Below are positions 25,286 to 39,040 of a stretch of 53,094 bases of DNA, piece after piece. Origin of the DNA: Candidatus Yanofskybacteria bacterium RIFCSPLOWO2_01_FULL_49_17 (lineage in GTDB: Bacteria; Patescibacteriota; Minisyncoccia; 2-02-FULL-40-12; GWA2-44-9); contig MGKO01000004.1 in NCBI GenBank assembly GCA_001795695.1, positions 1 to 53,094 on the forward strand. The letters are read 5' to 3'. The position numbers and the translations under genes are program-made. The notes under the pieces were generated by a model, which saw nothing but the letters and a program-made list of their open reading frames with translations, was not told the origin of the DNA and did no database searches. Position 1 is the stretch's first letter. The number at the start of each line of letters is the position of its first letter.

Positions 25286-25447
25286 AATAACCGACAACTG
25301 ATGACATACAACTTACAACTTCAGAATAGTATCCACAGGTTTATCAACAGTCAGAATTAGCTGGCTTGCAGGCCTTTTTTATTTATGATAAGCATATGCC
25401 CAAGAGGACGAGCAGATTTGCGAGGTCCGATTGGCTGCACATGCTTA

Positions 25448-25604
25448 CCCCCTCCTTTCATCCGTTAGATGAATTAACACTGGGTTTGTGGGCATAAAAT
25501 TTAAAATACGTAAACTTAAATAATTTATCTATAGAAAGAAAGGAGGGGGTGACGATTTTGTAGCAGCTCGTCTGCTCTCGCACTTCCTCGCTGACAAAAT
25601 CGTC
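25448..25604 (+). promoter_or_regulatory. T1 element: anti-SD/SD hairpin with loop promoter and conserved leader (upstream of ftsZ)
   Basis: 5' arm CCCCCTCCTTTC (25448-25459), loop promoter TGGGCA-16/17-TAAACT (25489-25517), 3' arm GAAAGGAGGGGG (25538-25549). An 11-bp helix GACGATTTTGT/ACAAAATCGTC (25551-25561 / 25594-25604) ends at the ATG. Confidence 0.55.
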
Positions 25605-26774
25605 ATGGCTTTAACGAAACCACCATTTGAGACATTTGCCCGCATCAAGGTCATTGGCGTGGGCGGCGGAGGGACGAACGCCCTTCAGAGGATGATAGAA
25701 GCCCGCATCCACGGCGTTGAGTTCATTGCCATCAACACCGATGCCCAGGCACTGCATAATTCCAACGCTCCGGTCCGTATTCATATCGGCAAGAGCTTGA
25801 CCCGGGGCCTGGGCGCGGGCATGAACCCGGAAATAGGCCGCCAAGCGACGATTGACACTAAGGAAGAAATAAGCGCCGCGGTCAAGGGGGCAGACATGGT
25901 CTTCATCACCACCGGACTGGGCGGTGGCACCGGCACCGGCGGCGCGCCGATAGTGGCCGAGATAGCCCGCGAAGCCGGCGCGCTGGTCCTGGGCGTGGTC
26001 ACCAAACCATTCACTTTTGAGGGCGTCCAAAGGATGAAGATCGCCGAGGCCGGATGGAACGCTTTGCGCGAGCGGGTGGATTCGCTCATCACCATCCCCA
26101 ACGACCGACTTCTCTCCATCATTGACCGTAAAACGCCATTGCTTGATTCATTTGCCATCGTTGACGATGTCCTGCGTCAGGGTGTCCAGGGTATTTCAGA
26201 CCTGATAACTGTCCCCGGCATAATCAATCTGGATTTTGCCGATGTTAAAGCGGTCATGGCCAATTCCGGCTCGGCTCTGATGGGCATCGGCCACGCCAGC
26301 GGCGACGACAGAGCAGTTGAGGCGGCCAAGATGGCCATCAATTCGCCCTTGCTGGAAGTTTCCATTGACGGCGCCACCGGCGTCCTGTTCAATGTCTGCG
26401 GCGGAGCCGACATGGCCATGGCCGAGATAAATGAAGCGGCCCGCATCATCACCGAACACATCTCTGCCGAAGCCAAAGTCATCTTCGGCGCGGTGCTGGA
26501 CGACAAGTTAAAGAAAGGGGAGCTGAAGATAACGGTCGTGGCCACCGGCTTCAATAACGGCCAGCCGTCCACCTTGCGGCCGGCTTCGGTCTCCGGTTTC
26601 GGGGACATTCCCCAAAATCTTTTTGAATCAGTGAAAAAGAGCACGATATCTTCCACTAAATCTGATTCAACCAACGGAAAGACATCCAAACCGGTCAAAG
26701 AGTTTGTGGATGACTCTCTGGACGATAATCAATTTGATATACCGGCTTTTATCAGACGAAAAATAAGTAAATAA
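25605..26774 (+). CDS. ftsZ: Cell division protein FtsZ
   Basis: Motifs [28 protein letters not shown]. Confidence 0.95.
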   Translation: MALTKPPFETFARIKVIGVGGGGTNALQRMIEARIHGVEFIAINTDAQALHNSNAPVRIHIGKSLTRGLGAGMNPEIGRQATIDTKEEISAAVKGADMVFITTGLGGGTGTGGAPIVAEIAREAGALVLGVVTKPFTFEGVQRMKIAEAGWNALRERVDSLITIPNDRLLSIIDRKTPLLDSFAIVDDVLRQGVQGISDLITVPGIINLDFADVKAVMANSGSALMGIGHASGDDRAVEAAKMAINSPLLEVSIDGATGVLFNVCGGADMAMAEINEAARIITEHISAEAKVIFGAVLDDKLKKGELKITVVATGFNNGQPSTLRPASVSGFGDIPQNLFESVKKSTISSTKSDSTNGKTSKPVKEFVDDSLDDNQFDIPAFIRRKISK

Positions 26775-26807
26775 CTTAAAACTCCCGCTTTCGCGGGAGT
26801 TTTAAGT
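26774..26807 (+). terminator. ftsZ terminator
   Basis: 15-bp stem acttaaaactcccgc/gcgggagttttaagt. Confidence 0.7.
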
Positions 26808-26853
26808 TATCAACACTTTCCAACTTATATACGTTCGCTACAATTGATTACCT

Positions 26854-29640
26854 ATGGAGATACTTTCTCAATCCCACATCCAAGTCGAGCTCAATATCGG
26901 CGGTTCGGACAAGGCCTCGTTCCACTGGAAACCTCTTTTTGGCGAAGTCCATCCTTACGAAAGCATCACTTGGGACCGGCGAACCGCCAAGATCACGCGC
27001 GGGGACGGGACAGTGACCTTTGAGCAGAAAGATGTGGAAGTGCCGAACTTCTGGACCCAGACCGCGACCGATATCGTGGCCTCAAAATATTTCCGCGGGC
27101 GTCTGGACGCGCCGGACAGAGAATACAGCGCCAAGCAGATGGTTGACCGGGTGGCCAAGACCATCGGCCGCTGGGGGCTGAAGGACGGCTATTTCGCTTC
27201 GGCCATAGACGCCGATCATTTCGCCCGGGACCTGACCTGGCTTTTGATAAATCAGTACGCCGCTTTCAACTCACCGGTCTGGTTCAACGTCGGTACGACC
27301 GAACACCCTCAATGCTCTGCCTGTTTCATCCTTTCCGTGGACGATAGCATGGATGCCATTCTGAAGTGGGGCCATGATGAGGGAAAAATTTTCCAAAGAG
27401 GTTCCGGCGCGGGGGCTAACTTATCCAAACTTCGCGGTTCCATGGAGCCGCTGTCTGATGGCGGATATGCTTCGGGTCCAGTTTCTTTCATGAAATTTGC
27501 TGATGGCGTTGCTAATTCAATTCGCTCTGGCGGAACGACTCGCCGAGCCGCAAAAATGGTCGTTCTGGATGTTGACCATCCTGATATAAAGGATTTTATA
27601 AACTGCAAACAGATAGTGGAAGATATGGTAAAGACGCTTACCTTGGCAGGAGTAAAAAATTCTCTGACCGGGGACATCTTTGACCCATACACGCTGCTTC
27701 CATATCAGAACGCTAATAATTCCGTTCGTGTTACCGACGATTTCATGCGTGCGGTTGAGAACGATGAGGACTGGCATCTGACAGCCCGCGTTACCGGTAA
27801 AGTGCTGGAAACGGTCAAAGCCCGTGAAATAATGAACTGGATCGCCCAGGCCGCCTGGGCCTCGGCCGACCCGGGCATGCAGTATGATACGACCATCAAT
27901 GACTGGAACACTGCGGCCAACACCGGCCGCATCAACGCCTCCAATCCTTGCAGTGAATATATGCATTTGGATAATAGCGCCTGCAATCTGGCCTCATTGA
28001 ATTTGATGAAGTTTTTGAAAGAGGGCGGCAGATTTGATACGGAGCTTTTCAGGAGAGCGGTGGATGTGATGATAATGGCCCAAGACATCCTGGTTGATAA
28101 TTCTTCATATCCGACAGTGGAGATCACCAAAAATGCGAAAGATTACCGGGAACTTGGGCTGGGCTATGCCAATCTCGGGTCCCTGCTTATGGTCATGGGT
28201 TTGCCGTACGATTCTGACCAGGGCAGGCATTTGGCCGGTCACATCACTTCGCTTTTGTGCGGCGAGGCCTATCGGATGTCGGCCATCATCGCCGACGCCA
28301 AAGGTTCATTTGCCGGCTTTCAGAAGAACCGTGAGCCGATGCTACGAGTCATCAATAAGCATCTGGACGAAGCTGAAAAATTATTCTCCACCACTCATCA
28401 GGAAAACTTCTTTGACCCGGCTCTGGAATCGGCCTCGCGGCAGGTTTGGCACGAAGCGGCCGAGATGGGAGCCAAGTTCGGTGTCCGCAATTCCCAAGTT
28501 ACGGTCTTGGCACCGACCGGCACCATCGCTTTTCTGATGGATTGCGACACGACCGGCATCGAGCCGGATATCGCTTTAATCAAATACAAAAAACTGGTCG
28601 GCGGCGGGGTGCTCAAACTTTCAAACAGTCAGGTGCCGATAGCTTTGCGCCGTTTGGGCTACACTAACGAACAGATTGCGGAGATGACCGATTATCTGGC
28701 CGAGCATGACACCGTTGAAGGCGCGCCGCATTTAAAAGAGAATGACCTGCCGGTGTTTGACTGCGCCTTCAAGGCGGCCAAAGGCACGCGGAGCATTAGT
28801 TATACGGGCCACCTGAAAATGATGGCCGCCGCCCAACCGTTCATATCTGGTGCCATTTCCAAGACCATAAACCTTCCGACCGACGCAACAATAGAAGATG
28901 TTAAAAATGTATTTATGCAAGGTTGGAAGCTGGGCCTGAAAGCTATCGCTCTGTATCGTGATGGCTGTAAGTCAGTTCAGCCGCTTAATGTCAAAAATAA
29001 CGAGGAAACAACCGCCGCCGGAGCGGTTGAAAAGACCAACGGTTATACCCGCCGCAAACTGCCGGCCGAGCGTCCGTCTATGAATCACCGGTTTGAGATA
29101 GGCGGCTTTGAGGGCTATCTCAATGTTGGTTTTTATCCCGATACAATGCAGCCGGGCGAGATGTTCATCACCATTGCCAAGGAGGGGAGCACCATTTCGG
29201 GCTTATTGGACACAATAGCGACCATGGTCTCCATTTCTCTCCAATCGGGGACGCCGCTAAAATCATTGGTCAGGAAATTCAAAGACATGCGTTTTGACCC
29301 GTCCGGTTTCACCGACAATCCGGACATTCCCACCGCCAAGTCCATCGTTGATTATATTTTCCGATATTTGGGCATGAAATATTTATTGTCGGAAGACCGC
29401 GAGGAGATATTCGGTCCGGGCACAGTTGCCATGTCCACCGATTCGTTGTTGGCCGGGTTAGCGGCCTCGGCTCCGGTATCAAAGGCAGAACTTGTTCAAA
29501 CCGGCGATAAACATATGCCTGGAGCCGTATTTAAGGCCAATGCCGATGCGCCTGTCTGCCAGTGCGGCACGCTGATGGTCAAGACCGGCGCCTGCTATAC
29601 CTGTCCGAATTGTTTTGCTTCCTCCGGTGTCTGCAGCTAA
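26854..29640 (+). CDS. nrdJ: Class II (adenosylcobalamin-dependent) ribonucleotide reductase
   Basis: N-terminal TWDRR.A.I..GDG...FEQ..VEVP..W and NPCSEY active site. 928 aa with a C-terminal CQCG..CYTCPNC zinc ribbon. Confidence 0.85.
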   Translation: MEILSQSHIQVELNIGGSDKASFHWKPLFGEVHPYESITWDRRTAKITRGDGTVTFEQKDVEVPNFWTQTATDIVASKYFRGRLDAPDREYSAKQMVDRVAKTIGRWGLKDGYFASAIDADHFARDLTWLLINQYAAFNSPVWFNVGTTEHPQCSACFILSVDDSMDAILKWGHDEGKIFQRGSGAGANLSKLRGSMEPLSDGGYASGPVSFMKFADGVANSIRSGGTTRRAAKMVVLDVDHPDIKDFINCKQIVEDMVKTLTLAGVKNSLTGDIFDPYTLLPYQNANNSVRVTDDFMRAVENDEDWHLTARVTGKVLETVKAREIMNWIAQAAWASADPGMQYDTTINDWNTAANTGRINASNPCSEYMHLDNSACNLASLNLMKFLKEGGRFDTELFRRAVDVMIMAQDILVDNSSYPTVEITKNAKDYRELGLGYANLGSLLMVMGLPYDSDQGRHLAGHITSLLCGEAYRMSAIIADAKGSFAGFQKNREPMLRVINKHLDEAEKLFSTTHQENFFDPALESASRQVWHEAAEMGAKFGVRNSQVTVLAPTGTIAFLMDCDTTGIEPDIALIKYKKLVGGGVLKLSNSQVPIALRRLGYTNEQIAEMTDYLAEHDTVEGAPHLKENDLPVFDCAFKAAKGTRSISYTGHLKMMAAAQPFISGAISKTINLPTDATIEDVKNVFMQGWKLGLKAIALYRDGCKSVQPLNVKNNEETTAAGAVEKTNGYTRRKLPAERPSMNHRFEIGGFEGYLNVGFYPDTMQPGEMFITIAKEGSTISGLLDTIATMVSISLQSGTPLKSLVRKFKDMRFDPSGFTDNPDIPTAKSIVDYIFRYLGMKYLLSEDREEIFGPGTVAMSTDSLLAGLAASAPVSKAELVQTGDKHMPGAVFKANADAPVCQCGTLMVKTGACYTCPNCFASSGVCS

Positions 29641-29647
29641 AACTAAT

Positions 29648-29676
29648 AAAAAAGGTCCCAAGATGGGACCTTTTTT
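29648..29676. terminator. nrdJ terminator (A-run / T-run flanked)
   Basis: aaaaaaGGTCCCAagaTGGGACCtttttt. Confidence 0.8.
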
Positions 29677-29702
29677 ATTAGTTTTAATCCTGCTAAAATT
29701 TA

Positions 29703-31238
29703 TTGATGCATAAGGCACAGGTGTTTGGCTATTTTCTTATCTCGTTCCTGGCGGGAGTTTTTGTCGGAAGTTTTGTGGCCAATCCGACGCGGTTCATGCT
29801 GGTGCTGATGGTTGTCGGAGCTTTTAATTTTGTGACATTCGGCAGGCGGGACCGGATGAAGGGCCTGGCCATCGGAGGATGCTTCCTCGCGGCAGCTTTG
29901 GGAGTGTTTCGCTATGGTTCCGCCAATTTCAGCCACAGCGTTCTGTCTTCATTTGCCGGCGTAGAGGCCGGCGGCAAAGGCGTGCCGGTCCAGTTGGTTG
30001 GATACATTGACGAGGAGCCATCTTTGACCTCAAGCGGCAACGCCAGCATCGTTTTTCGGGCGAAACAACTGATCGTCCCGGGCCATATCCTGAAAACAAA
30101 CGAACGCATGCTCATCATCGCTAAGGCGTTTCCGGAATATAAATTTGGGGAAACATTGACAGTCGCCGGCTCTCTGGGGCTTCCCGACAACTTCACTCCG
30201 GATTTTGATTACGTCGCGTATCTGAAGAACAGGTCCATCCGAACTACGATGTTGTTTCCAAATATTTCTCACTCGGCCTCGCCTCTTTCATTTGGAGAGC
30301 GGCTCAAGCTTAATGTTTACAGTAAATTATTCGCTGTCAAAGATAAATTTGAAAGTTCCATAAGGAATGTGATGGCGGAGCCGAATGCCTCCTACGTCAA
30401 CGGGATACTTTTGGGGAGCAGACAGGACATACCGGCCGAGCTCAAGGAAGCGTTCAACAGGACCGGGACCACTCATATCTTGGCCATCTCCGGCTATAAC
30501 ATCACCATAATCGCCCAGGCGCTCTTGGCCGCCCTGGTCTTCTTCGTCCGGCGCAGAACGGCATTCTGGCTTTCGGTCGTTTTCATTTTACTTTTCACGA
30601 TAATGACCGGAGCCGGCGCTTCTGTGGTCCGCGCGGCTATCATGGGACTTTTGCTCTTGGCCGCCAACGGCTATGGCAGGATGTATGATCCGAAGAACTC
30701 CATACTTCTGGCGGCCGGGGCGATGGTCTGGCTGAATCCGCTTTCTCTCCGTTTTGATATCGGTTTTCAATTGTCCTTTATGGCCGTCATCGGCTTGATG
30801 TATGTCCATCCGCTTCTGGAACATTTTTTCCGGCGGATGCGTTTTTCAAAGGAGGTTTACAGAAACCTGAAAGAGACGCTGCTGATGACCGTTTCGGCCC
30901 AACTGATGGTCGCGCCGCTGCTGATATATTATTTCAGACAGTTCTCCGCCGTTTCTTTACCGGCCAATATTCTGGTCTTGCCTTTGATGCCGCTTACGAT
31001 GCTGTTCGGGTTTCTGTCCGGCGCGGTCGGTTTGATACTGATGCCCTTGGGCAAGGCCCTCTCGCTGATTGCCTGGCTTCTGACCGGCTATCAACTTGGA
31101 ATCATCAAATGGCTGGGAGGGCTTTCCTGGGCGTCCCTTAAGATTTCCATGAATTGGGCGACTTTAAGCGTTATTTACATTTTGTTCGCTGTCGTTGTTT
31201 GGAACCTGCGCTCTAAAATAAATCGATATGAGATTTGA
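29703..31238 (+). CDS. comEC: ComEC/Rec2 family DNA internalization channel protein
   Basis: Polytopic membrane protein with TGTTHILAISGYNITII (family pattern G..H.LAISG.). Confidence 0.8.
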   Translation: MMHKAQVFGYFLISFLAGVFVGSFVANPTRFMLVLMVVGAFNFVTFGRRDRMKGLAIGGCFLAAALGVFRYGSANFSHSVLSSFAGVEAGGKGVPVQLVGYIDEEPSLTSSGNASIVFRAKQLIVPGHILKTNERMLIIAKAFPEYKFGETLTVAGSLGLPDNFTPDFDYVAYLKNRSIRTTMLFPNISHSASPLSFGERLKLNVYSKLFAVKDKFESSIRNVMAEPNASYVNGILLGSRQDIPAELKEAFNRTGTTHILAISGYNITIIAQALLAALVFFVRRRTAFWLSVVFILLFTIMTGAGASVVRAAIMGLLLLAANGYGRMYDPKNSILLAAGAMVWLNPLSLRFDIGFQLSFMAVIGLMYVHPLLEHFFRRMRFSKEVYRNLKETLLMTVSAQLMVAPLLIYYFRQFSAVSLPANILVLPLMPLTMLFGFLSGAVGLILMPLGKALSLIAWLLTGYQLGIIKWLGGLSWASLKISMNWATLSVIYILFAVVVWNLRSKINRYEI

Positions 31239-31839
31239 TGTCCGCATCGCCGCCGTATTTATCGTCGTCGCCCTGACCGGCTTCTATTGGGGACAAGGAT
31301 CTGTTCCGTCCGGCCAGCCGGCTCTTATCGGGCTGTTTCAGGATAATGAGCCCTTCGTAACTGATTACAGGGTCAAGGACGCGGATTGCAGGGCGGATGG
31401 TCCGTATCCAGACCATGAGTGCACACCCGGGGCCGTTTTTCCGGATGTGACAGCGGGCCAAGTTTGCGTTTCAGGTTATTCTAAGACCGTCCGCAAAGTT
31501 TCGGAATCCTTGAAAAAGCGGGTCTATCGCTCGTACGACATCGCGTATCCGCCGCCGTTCGGTTCCTATGAGCTGGACCATTTCATCCCTTTGTCCTTGG
31601 GCGGCAATAATGATATCGCCAATCTCTGGCCTTTCGCCGCCGAACCGCGGCCCGGGTTCATAGAAAAGGACCTGGTCGTCAATTATTTGCGTCAAAATGT
31701 CTGCGGCGGGGGGATGACTCTCCAAGCGGCACAGCGGGCGATCGCGACCTATTGGGTCCAGGTCTATGAGAGCATCGACGCTTCAGAAAAAGCGGAACTA
31801 AAAAAGTTGTACCCAAGCTGGGCCGAGATCCGCCGATAG
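31228..31839 (+). CDS. HNH-motif nuclease-like protein with N-terminal membrane anchor
   Basis: YELDHFIPLSLGGNNDIANLWP. Overlaps the comEC 3' end by 11 nt. Confidence 0.5.
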   Translation: MRFDVRIAAVFIVVALTGFYWGQGSVPSGQPALIGLFQDNEPFVTDYRVKDADCRADGPYPDHECTPGAVFPDVTAGQVCVSGYSKTVRKVSESLKKRVYRSYDIAYPPPFGSYELDHFIPLSLGGNNDIANLWPFAAEPRPGFIEKDLVVNYLRQNVCGGGMTLQAAQRAIATYWVQVYESIDASEKAELKKLYPSWAEIRR

Positions 31840-31879
31840 TTTATTGCAGTCCGCTGAATAAATAAGTATAATCGTAGTC

Positions 31880-32470
31880 ATGATAAAAGAACGCACCTTA
31901 GTTTTGCTGAAACCAGATTCGCTCCAGAGGTCCCAAGTCGGGGAGATAATCCGCCGGATTGAAAGGACAGGCCTTAAGCTTGTTGCTTTAAAAATGCTTC
32001 GGGCCACCGAGGAGCAGCTTTTTGAGCATTATAATAAAAACGACGGCTGGTACATGAAAAAAGGAGCTCAAAGGACCGAGCAGATGAATGCCAAGGGCCA
32101 GCCGATGACCAAAGACGTGATCGAATATGGGAAGGATGTTGTCAGGGGCAATGTTAAGTTCATGACCGCTTCGCCGCTTATCGCCATGATTTGGCAGGGC
32201 AATAAAGCTATCGGCATTGTCAAAAAAATAGTCGGCGGGACAGAGCCGCTTACTTCTGATGTCGGCACCATCCGCGGCGACCTCACCCTGGATTCATTTG
32301 AGCTTTCTGATTCAGAAGCTCGGGCTGTCCGCAATCTTATCCATTGCTCGGACGCTGAAAATGCCGAACGGGAGATGAAGCTCTGGTTCAAACCGGAGGA
32401 ACTATTTGATTACCGACACATCGCCGAGGAGATACTCTATGACATAAATCTTGACGGTTTAAGGGAATAA
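31880..32470 (+). CDS. ndk: Nucleoside diphosphate kinase (long form)
   Basis: Motifs ERTLVLLKPD, TIRGD, NLIHCSD. Confidence 0.75.
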   Translation: MIKERTLVLLKPDSLQRSQVGEIIRRIERTGLKLVALKMLRATEEQLFEHYNKNDGWYMKKGAQRTEQMNAKGQPMTKDVIEYGKDVVRGNVKFMTASPLIAMIWQGNKAIGIVKKIVGGTEPLTSDVGTIRGDLTLDSFELSDSEARAVRNLIHCSDAENAEREMKLWFKPEELFDYRHIAEEILYDINLDGLRE

Positions 32471-32599
32471 TAAAAGAATTCTCTTGTTGCTCCAAAAAAA
32501 TCATTAAAGTCAAGAGCGGTTTTTGGGTTTTTTCCCACGACTTATCAACTCTTTATCCACTTTTGTAATGACTTTGCAATTTATACGTTGTATGCTTGT

Positions 32600-32806
32600 G
32601 GCAGGCCTGAGGCATTCGTAAAAACTGTAGCTAAACTTAACATCAAGGGATCCCTATCATTGAATGTTCCTGGCGAGCGCGGTTGATTCATCAGTCAGCG
32701 TTCCGATGGGACATCCTGCGGGAACCCACTAGTTGTACCGACTTCAGCAAAGTTACGAATGCTTCGGACCGCCAACTAAAAACACCTCCCGTAGGGAGGT
32801 GTTTTT
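32600..32806 (+). ncRNA. Candidate ~200-nt rod-like ncRNA (6S-like architecture; identity unknown)
   Basis: Promoter-like ATGACT-17-TATGCT (32568-32596). The 5' end ggcaggcctgaggcattcgtaa pairs with ttacgaatgcttcggaccgcc (32753-32773). Strong terminator aaaaacacctccc-gta-gggaggtgttttt (32778-32806). Confidence 0.4.
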
Positions 32807-32815
32807 AGTTTATTG

Positions 32816-32886
32816 TCCGGCTGCCGGGAGTTGAACCCGGGTTACATGACCCCCAGCCATGCGTAATACCGTTATACCACAGCCGG
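32816..32886 (-). tRNA. tRNA-Pro (anticodon GGG), no encoded CCA
   Basis: Reverse complement: CCGGCTG acceptor, anticodon stem CATGG/TCATG with loop CTGGGGG, T arm CCGGG-TTCAACT-CCCGG, CAGCCGG-A. Confidence 0.75.
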
Positions 32887-32887
32887 A

Positions 32888-33082
32888 TTAGGCCGAGACC
32901 ATCAATCGTTTGGCTTGGGTCTTGATGCAGTCGGTACAGATACGAATGCGCTTGCCGTCCATTCGGGCCCACTGGAGGTTTACCATCGCTCGCTTGCGTG
33001 AAGTCGGATTATAATGGCCGCGCAAAAGCACGCGGGTGGTCTTCATTATCGGTTTTTTACCGCAAATAGGGCATCTAGTCAT
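32888..33082 (-). CDS. rpmB: Ribosomal protein L28
   Basis: MTRCPICGKKP......NPTSRKRAMVNLQ....DGKRIRICTDCIKT. Confidence 0.7.
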   Translation of the reverse strand: MTRCPICGKKPIMKTTRVLLRGHYNPTSRKRAMVNLQWARMDGKRIRICTDCIKTQAKRLMVSA

Positions 33083-33201
33083 TGTTCTAGGTCGTTAGGT
33101 TATAGGAATTAGGTTATAGTTAAAACTAATTTACTATCTCCTATAAACTATAAGCTGATTGCCAGAATAGCACGTTATTGCTATTCTGGCAATACAAATA
33201 C
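33083..33201. repeat. H7 hairpin (TAGGTTA / CCTATAA units) plus a 14-bp perfect hairpin
   Basis: ctaggtcgttaggttataggaattaggttatag .. ctatctcctataaactataagc, then ttgccagaatagca/tgctattctggcaa. Confidence 0.55.
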
Positions 33202-33813
33202 ATGTCCATCTACACGATCTTTGTTCTCGTCGTTTTCATCTATTCAGTTGTTATCCATGAGGTCAGCCACGGTCTGGCCGCCCAAGCGATGGGGGACGAT
33301 ACCGCTAAAAATCTCGGCCGCCTGTCGCTCAATCCTTTCAAGCATCTTGACCTCTTTGGCTCCGTTATCTTGCCGATAACCCTGCTCATTATTTCAGCCG
33401 GCGGATTCGCTTTCGGCTACGCCAAGCCGGTGCCGTATAATCCCAACAATCTGCGCGACCAGAAGTATGGCCCGATAAAAGTGGCTTTGGCTGGCCCGGC
33501 TTCCAACGTCCTTGTCGCTCTTGTTTTCGGCCTTATTCTCCGGTCTTTCCCTGATTTTGTCAGTCCCGGGGTATACGATCTTTTTGCCGGTATAGTGTTC
33601 ATCAATCTTATTCTCGCCGTTTTCAATCTGTTTCCGATACCGCCGTTGGACGGCCATTGGGTCCTGGTAACGCTTCTTCCGGCCCGTTTTTATGCCTTCC
33701 GTATTTTCCTGTATCGTTACGCAATATTCCTGTTCATTTTCTTCATTATGTTCATTTACCCCATTATTTTCCCCATAATTCCTTGGCTGGAGCGTCTGAT
33801 AATAGGTTCGTAG
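33202..33813 (+). CDS. Site-2 protease family (M50) zinc metalloprotease
   Basis: HEVSHGLAA (HExxH) and [11 protein letters not shown]. Confidence 0.8.
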   Translation: MSIYTIFVLVVFIYSVVIHEVSHGLAAQAMGDDTAKNLGRLSLNPFKHLDLFGSVILPITLLIISAGGFAFGYAKPVPYNPNNLRDQKYGPIKVALAGPASNVLVALVFGLILRSFPDFVSPGVYDLFAGIVFINLILAVFNLFPIPPLDGHWVLVTLLPARFYAFRIFLYRYAIFLFIFFIMFIYPIIFPIIPWLERLIIGS

Positions 33814-33895
33814 CGGCTATTGCGTTGCTTACTTTTATCTGTTAACATACCTCTACCCATTGAATACAATTCAGGCGGGAGTCAGGTGTTTTTTT

Positions 33896-34306
33896 ATGCC
33901 AACCTTTAGACAACTTATTAAGAATCCGAGAAAAATGGCCCGAGCGAAAACCAAGTCGCCGGCTTTGACTTTTGGCATCAATACCATTCATAACCGGCCG
34001 GTCTCGTATCCGGCTCCCTTCAAGCGCGGCGTTTGCATCCAGGTCCGGACCATGACTCCGAAAAAGCCGAACTCCGCTTTGCGCAAGATCGCCCGCGTCC
34101 GCCTGACCAACGGCATGGAGGTTACGGCCTATATCCCGGGCATCGGCCACAATCTGCAGGAACACTCGGTAGTCATGCTACGCGGCGGCCGCGTAAAGGA
34201 TTTGCCGGGCGTCCGTTATCATATCGTCCGCGGCGTTCTGGATGCCGGCGGAGTAGAAGGAAGGAAACAGGAGCGTTCCAAATACGGAGCGAAAAAGGGC
34301 AAATGA
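33896..34306 (+). CDS. rpsL: Ribosomal protein S12
   Basis: [33 protein letters not shown]. Confidence 0.95.
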   Translation: MPTFRQLIKNPRKMARAKTKSPALTFGINTIHNRPVSYPAPFKRGVCIQVRTMTPKKPNSALRKIARVRLTNGMEVTAYIPGIGHNLQEHSVVMLRGGRVKDLPGVRYHIVRGVLDAGGVEGRKQERSKYGAKKGK

Positions 34307-34377
34307 TTAGCTTTTTAGCTGATTAGCTTATTAGGGTAACCTAAAAAGCTAGTAAGCTGATAAGCTAGTAAGCTAAA
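34307..34377. repeat. H7 hairpin, AGCTAAT family
   Basis: ttagctttttagctgattagcttattaggg-taa-cctaaaaagctagtaagctgataagctagtaagctaaa, followed directly by the TTG start. Confidence 0.75.
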
Positions 34378-34845
34378 TTGAGACGTCCAGTCAAAAACAG
34401 AATTGAGATAGAGCCCGACCTGAAATATCAGAGCGTTTTGGTTTCCAAGCTCATCAATAAGATAATGAGCCGCGGCAAAAAGGCCTTAGCGACGCATATT
34501 GTTTATCGCGCCTTGGAGATATTAGAGCAGAAGACCAAAAAGCCGGCCTTGGAAGCTCTAGACATCGCCATCAATAACGCCGGACCGAACATGGAATTGA
34601 AATCGCGACGCGTCGGCGGCGCCAATTATCAGATTCCGATAGAGGTCAAACCGGAGCGCAAGACCGCCCTAGCCATCCGCTGGATGATAGAGGCCGCCCG
34701 TTCGGCCAAAGGCAAGCCAATGGAGGAGAAGTTCTCCGAGGAGATGCTGAACGCTTTCAATAACACTGGCGGCGCGGTCAAGAAGAAATTAGACACTCAT
34801 CGCATGGCGGAAGCCAACAAGGCCTTCGCCCATTTCGCCTGGTAA
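34378..34845 (+). CDS. rpsG: Ribosomal protein S7 (TTG start)
   Basis: S7 pattern: KLINKIMSRGKK..A..IVY.AL, and ANYQIPIEV. Confidence 0.9.
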   Translation: MRRPVKNRIEIEPDLKYQSVLVSKLINKIMSRGKKALATHIVYRALEILEQKTKKPALEALDIAINNAGPNMELKSRRVGGANYQIPIEVKPERKTALAIRWMIEAARSAKGKPMEEKFSEEMLNAFNNTGGAVKKKLDTHRMAEANKAFAHFAW

Positions 34846-34920
34846 GTAATCAGCTTCTTAGCTGATTAGCTGACTAGGGCAACCTAAGAAGCTAGTAAGC
34901 TGATAAGCTAGTAAGCTAAG
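34846..34920. repeat. H7 hairpin, AGCTAAT family
   Basis: Close relative of 34307-34377. Ends ..gctagtaagctaag followed by TTG. Confidence 0.75.
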
Positions 34921-37025
<2,105 letters not shown>

Positions 37026-37026
<1 letters not shown>

Positions 37027-37292
37027 TGGCTATTGAGATAAACGAATTAAAGCAGATGCTTAAGCACTCCACCGCGGTGCTTATATTGGATAACGGTGAC
37101 CCGTCTTTTGTAGTTCTGGATTACGCGACTTATAAAAGGATGCTTGAGGCCGAAACCGGCAATGGTTCGGTCACTACGGCGTCAAAAGGGCAATCATCCG
37201 AATCCGAACTCTTGGAAAGGATAAATAAAGATATTCTCGCTCTCAAGGAGCAGATAGAGGAGGAAGAAAAGAATCTCGGCCTCCAGGAGTAG
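37026..37292 (+). CDS. Small Phd/YefM-antitoxin-like protein with acidic coiled-coil tail
   Basis: N-terminal ..STAVLILDNGDPSFVVLDYATYKRM.. resembles the Phd/YefM fold signature. 1-nt overlap with the fusA stop. No toxin gene follows. Confidence 0.4.
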
Positions 37293-37397
37293 GAACAAAC
37301 TCCTTATTGTTGATAGTCCTTAAGGATGGGGTTGACGCTTCTTAGGTTTTCGTCTAAAATGGATATTGCGCATTTTAATTAAACAGGTGATAGTTTT

Positions 37398-37457
37398 TAG
37401 GAGTATAGGTTCTAGGTTACTATAAGCTATATCCTATAAGCTATAACCTCAAATCGG
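37398..37457. repeat. H7 hairpin (ATAGG / CCTAT family) ending 8 nt before the tuf ATG
   Basis: aggagtataggttctaggttactataagctatatcctataagctataacctc. Confidence 0.55.
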
Positions 37458-38660
<1,203 letters not shown>

Positions 38661-38670
38661 GTGTAACGAA

Positions 38671-38698
38671 CCCCCACCTTTCGATCTAAAGATGGGGG
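38671..38698. repeat. Short CCCCCACCTTT/AAAGATGGGGG hairpin (copy 2)
   Basis: Same arms as 491-518. Confidence 0.6.
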
Positions 38699-38716
38699 TA
38701 GTTCCTTCGTAACTAA

Positions 38717-39040
38717 ATGGCTAAGAAAACAGAAAACCACCAGCGCATCCGAATCAAACTGAAGGCCTACGACAATAAGATAATAGACAAGTCGGCGGCC
38801 CAGATCGTGGATACCATCGAGCGCAACGGCGGCCAGCCCATCGGGCCGGTGCCATTGCCGACCGAGATACACAAGTACACGGTCAACCGCTCAAGCTTTA
38901 TTGACAAGAACTCGCGCGAGCAGTTTGAGATGCGGACCCACAAGCGCCTGATAGACATTGAGAACCCGACCCCCAAGATAATCGATTCGCTGATGAACCT
39001 AAACCTCCCTGCGGGCGTCGATATAGAAGTAAAGATGTAG
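38717..39040 (+). CDS. rpsJ: Ribosomal protein S10
   Basis: [10 protein letters not shown]...[12 protein letters not shown]. Confidence 0.95.
   Translation: MAKKTENHQRIRIKLKAYDNKIIDKSAAQIVDTIERNGGQPIGPVPLPTEIHKYTVNRSSFIDKNSREQFEMRTHKRLIDIENPTPKIIDSLMNLNLPAGVDIEVKM

Noticed and set aside
25329-25337. DnaA-box-like GTATCCACA, plus TTTATCCAC at 32552-32560 and several TTATCAAC motifs, as a possible replication origin.
   Set aside because: These are isolated single boxes in different loci. There is no cluster, no AT-rich unwinding element arrangement, and no dnaA/dnaN nearby.
26775-26853. A possible cobalamin riboswitch upstream of the B12-dependent nrdJ.
   Set aside because: Only ~80 nt are available, and these are occupied by the ftsZ terminator and a promoter-like motif. 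That is far too short for a cobalamin riboswitch.
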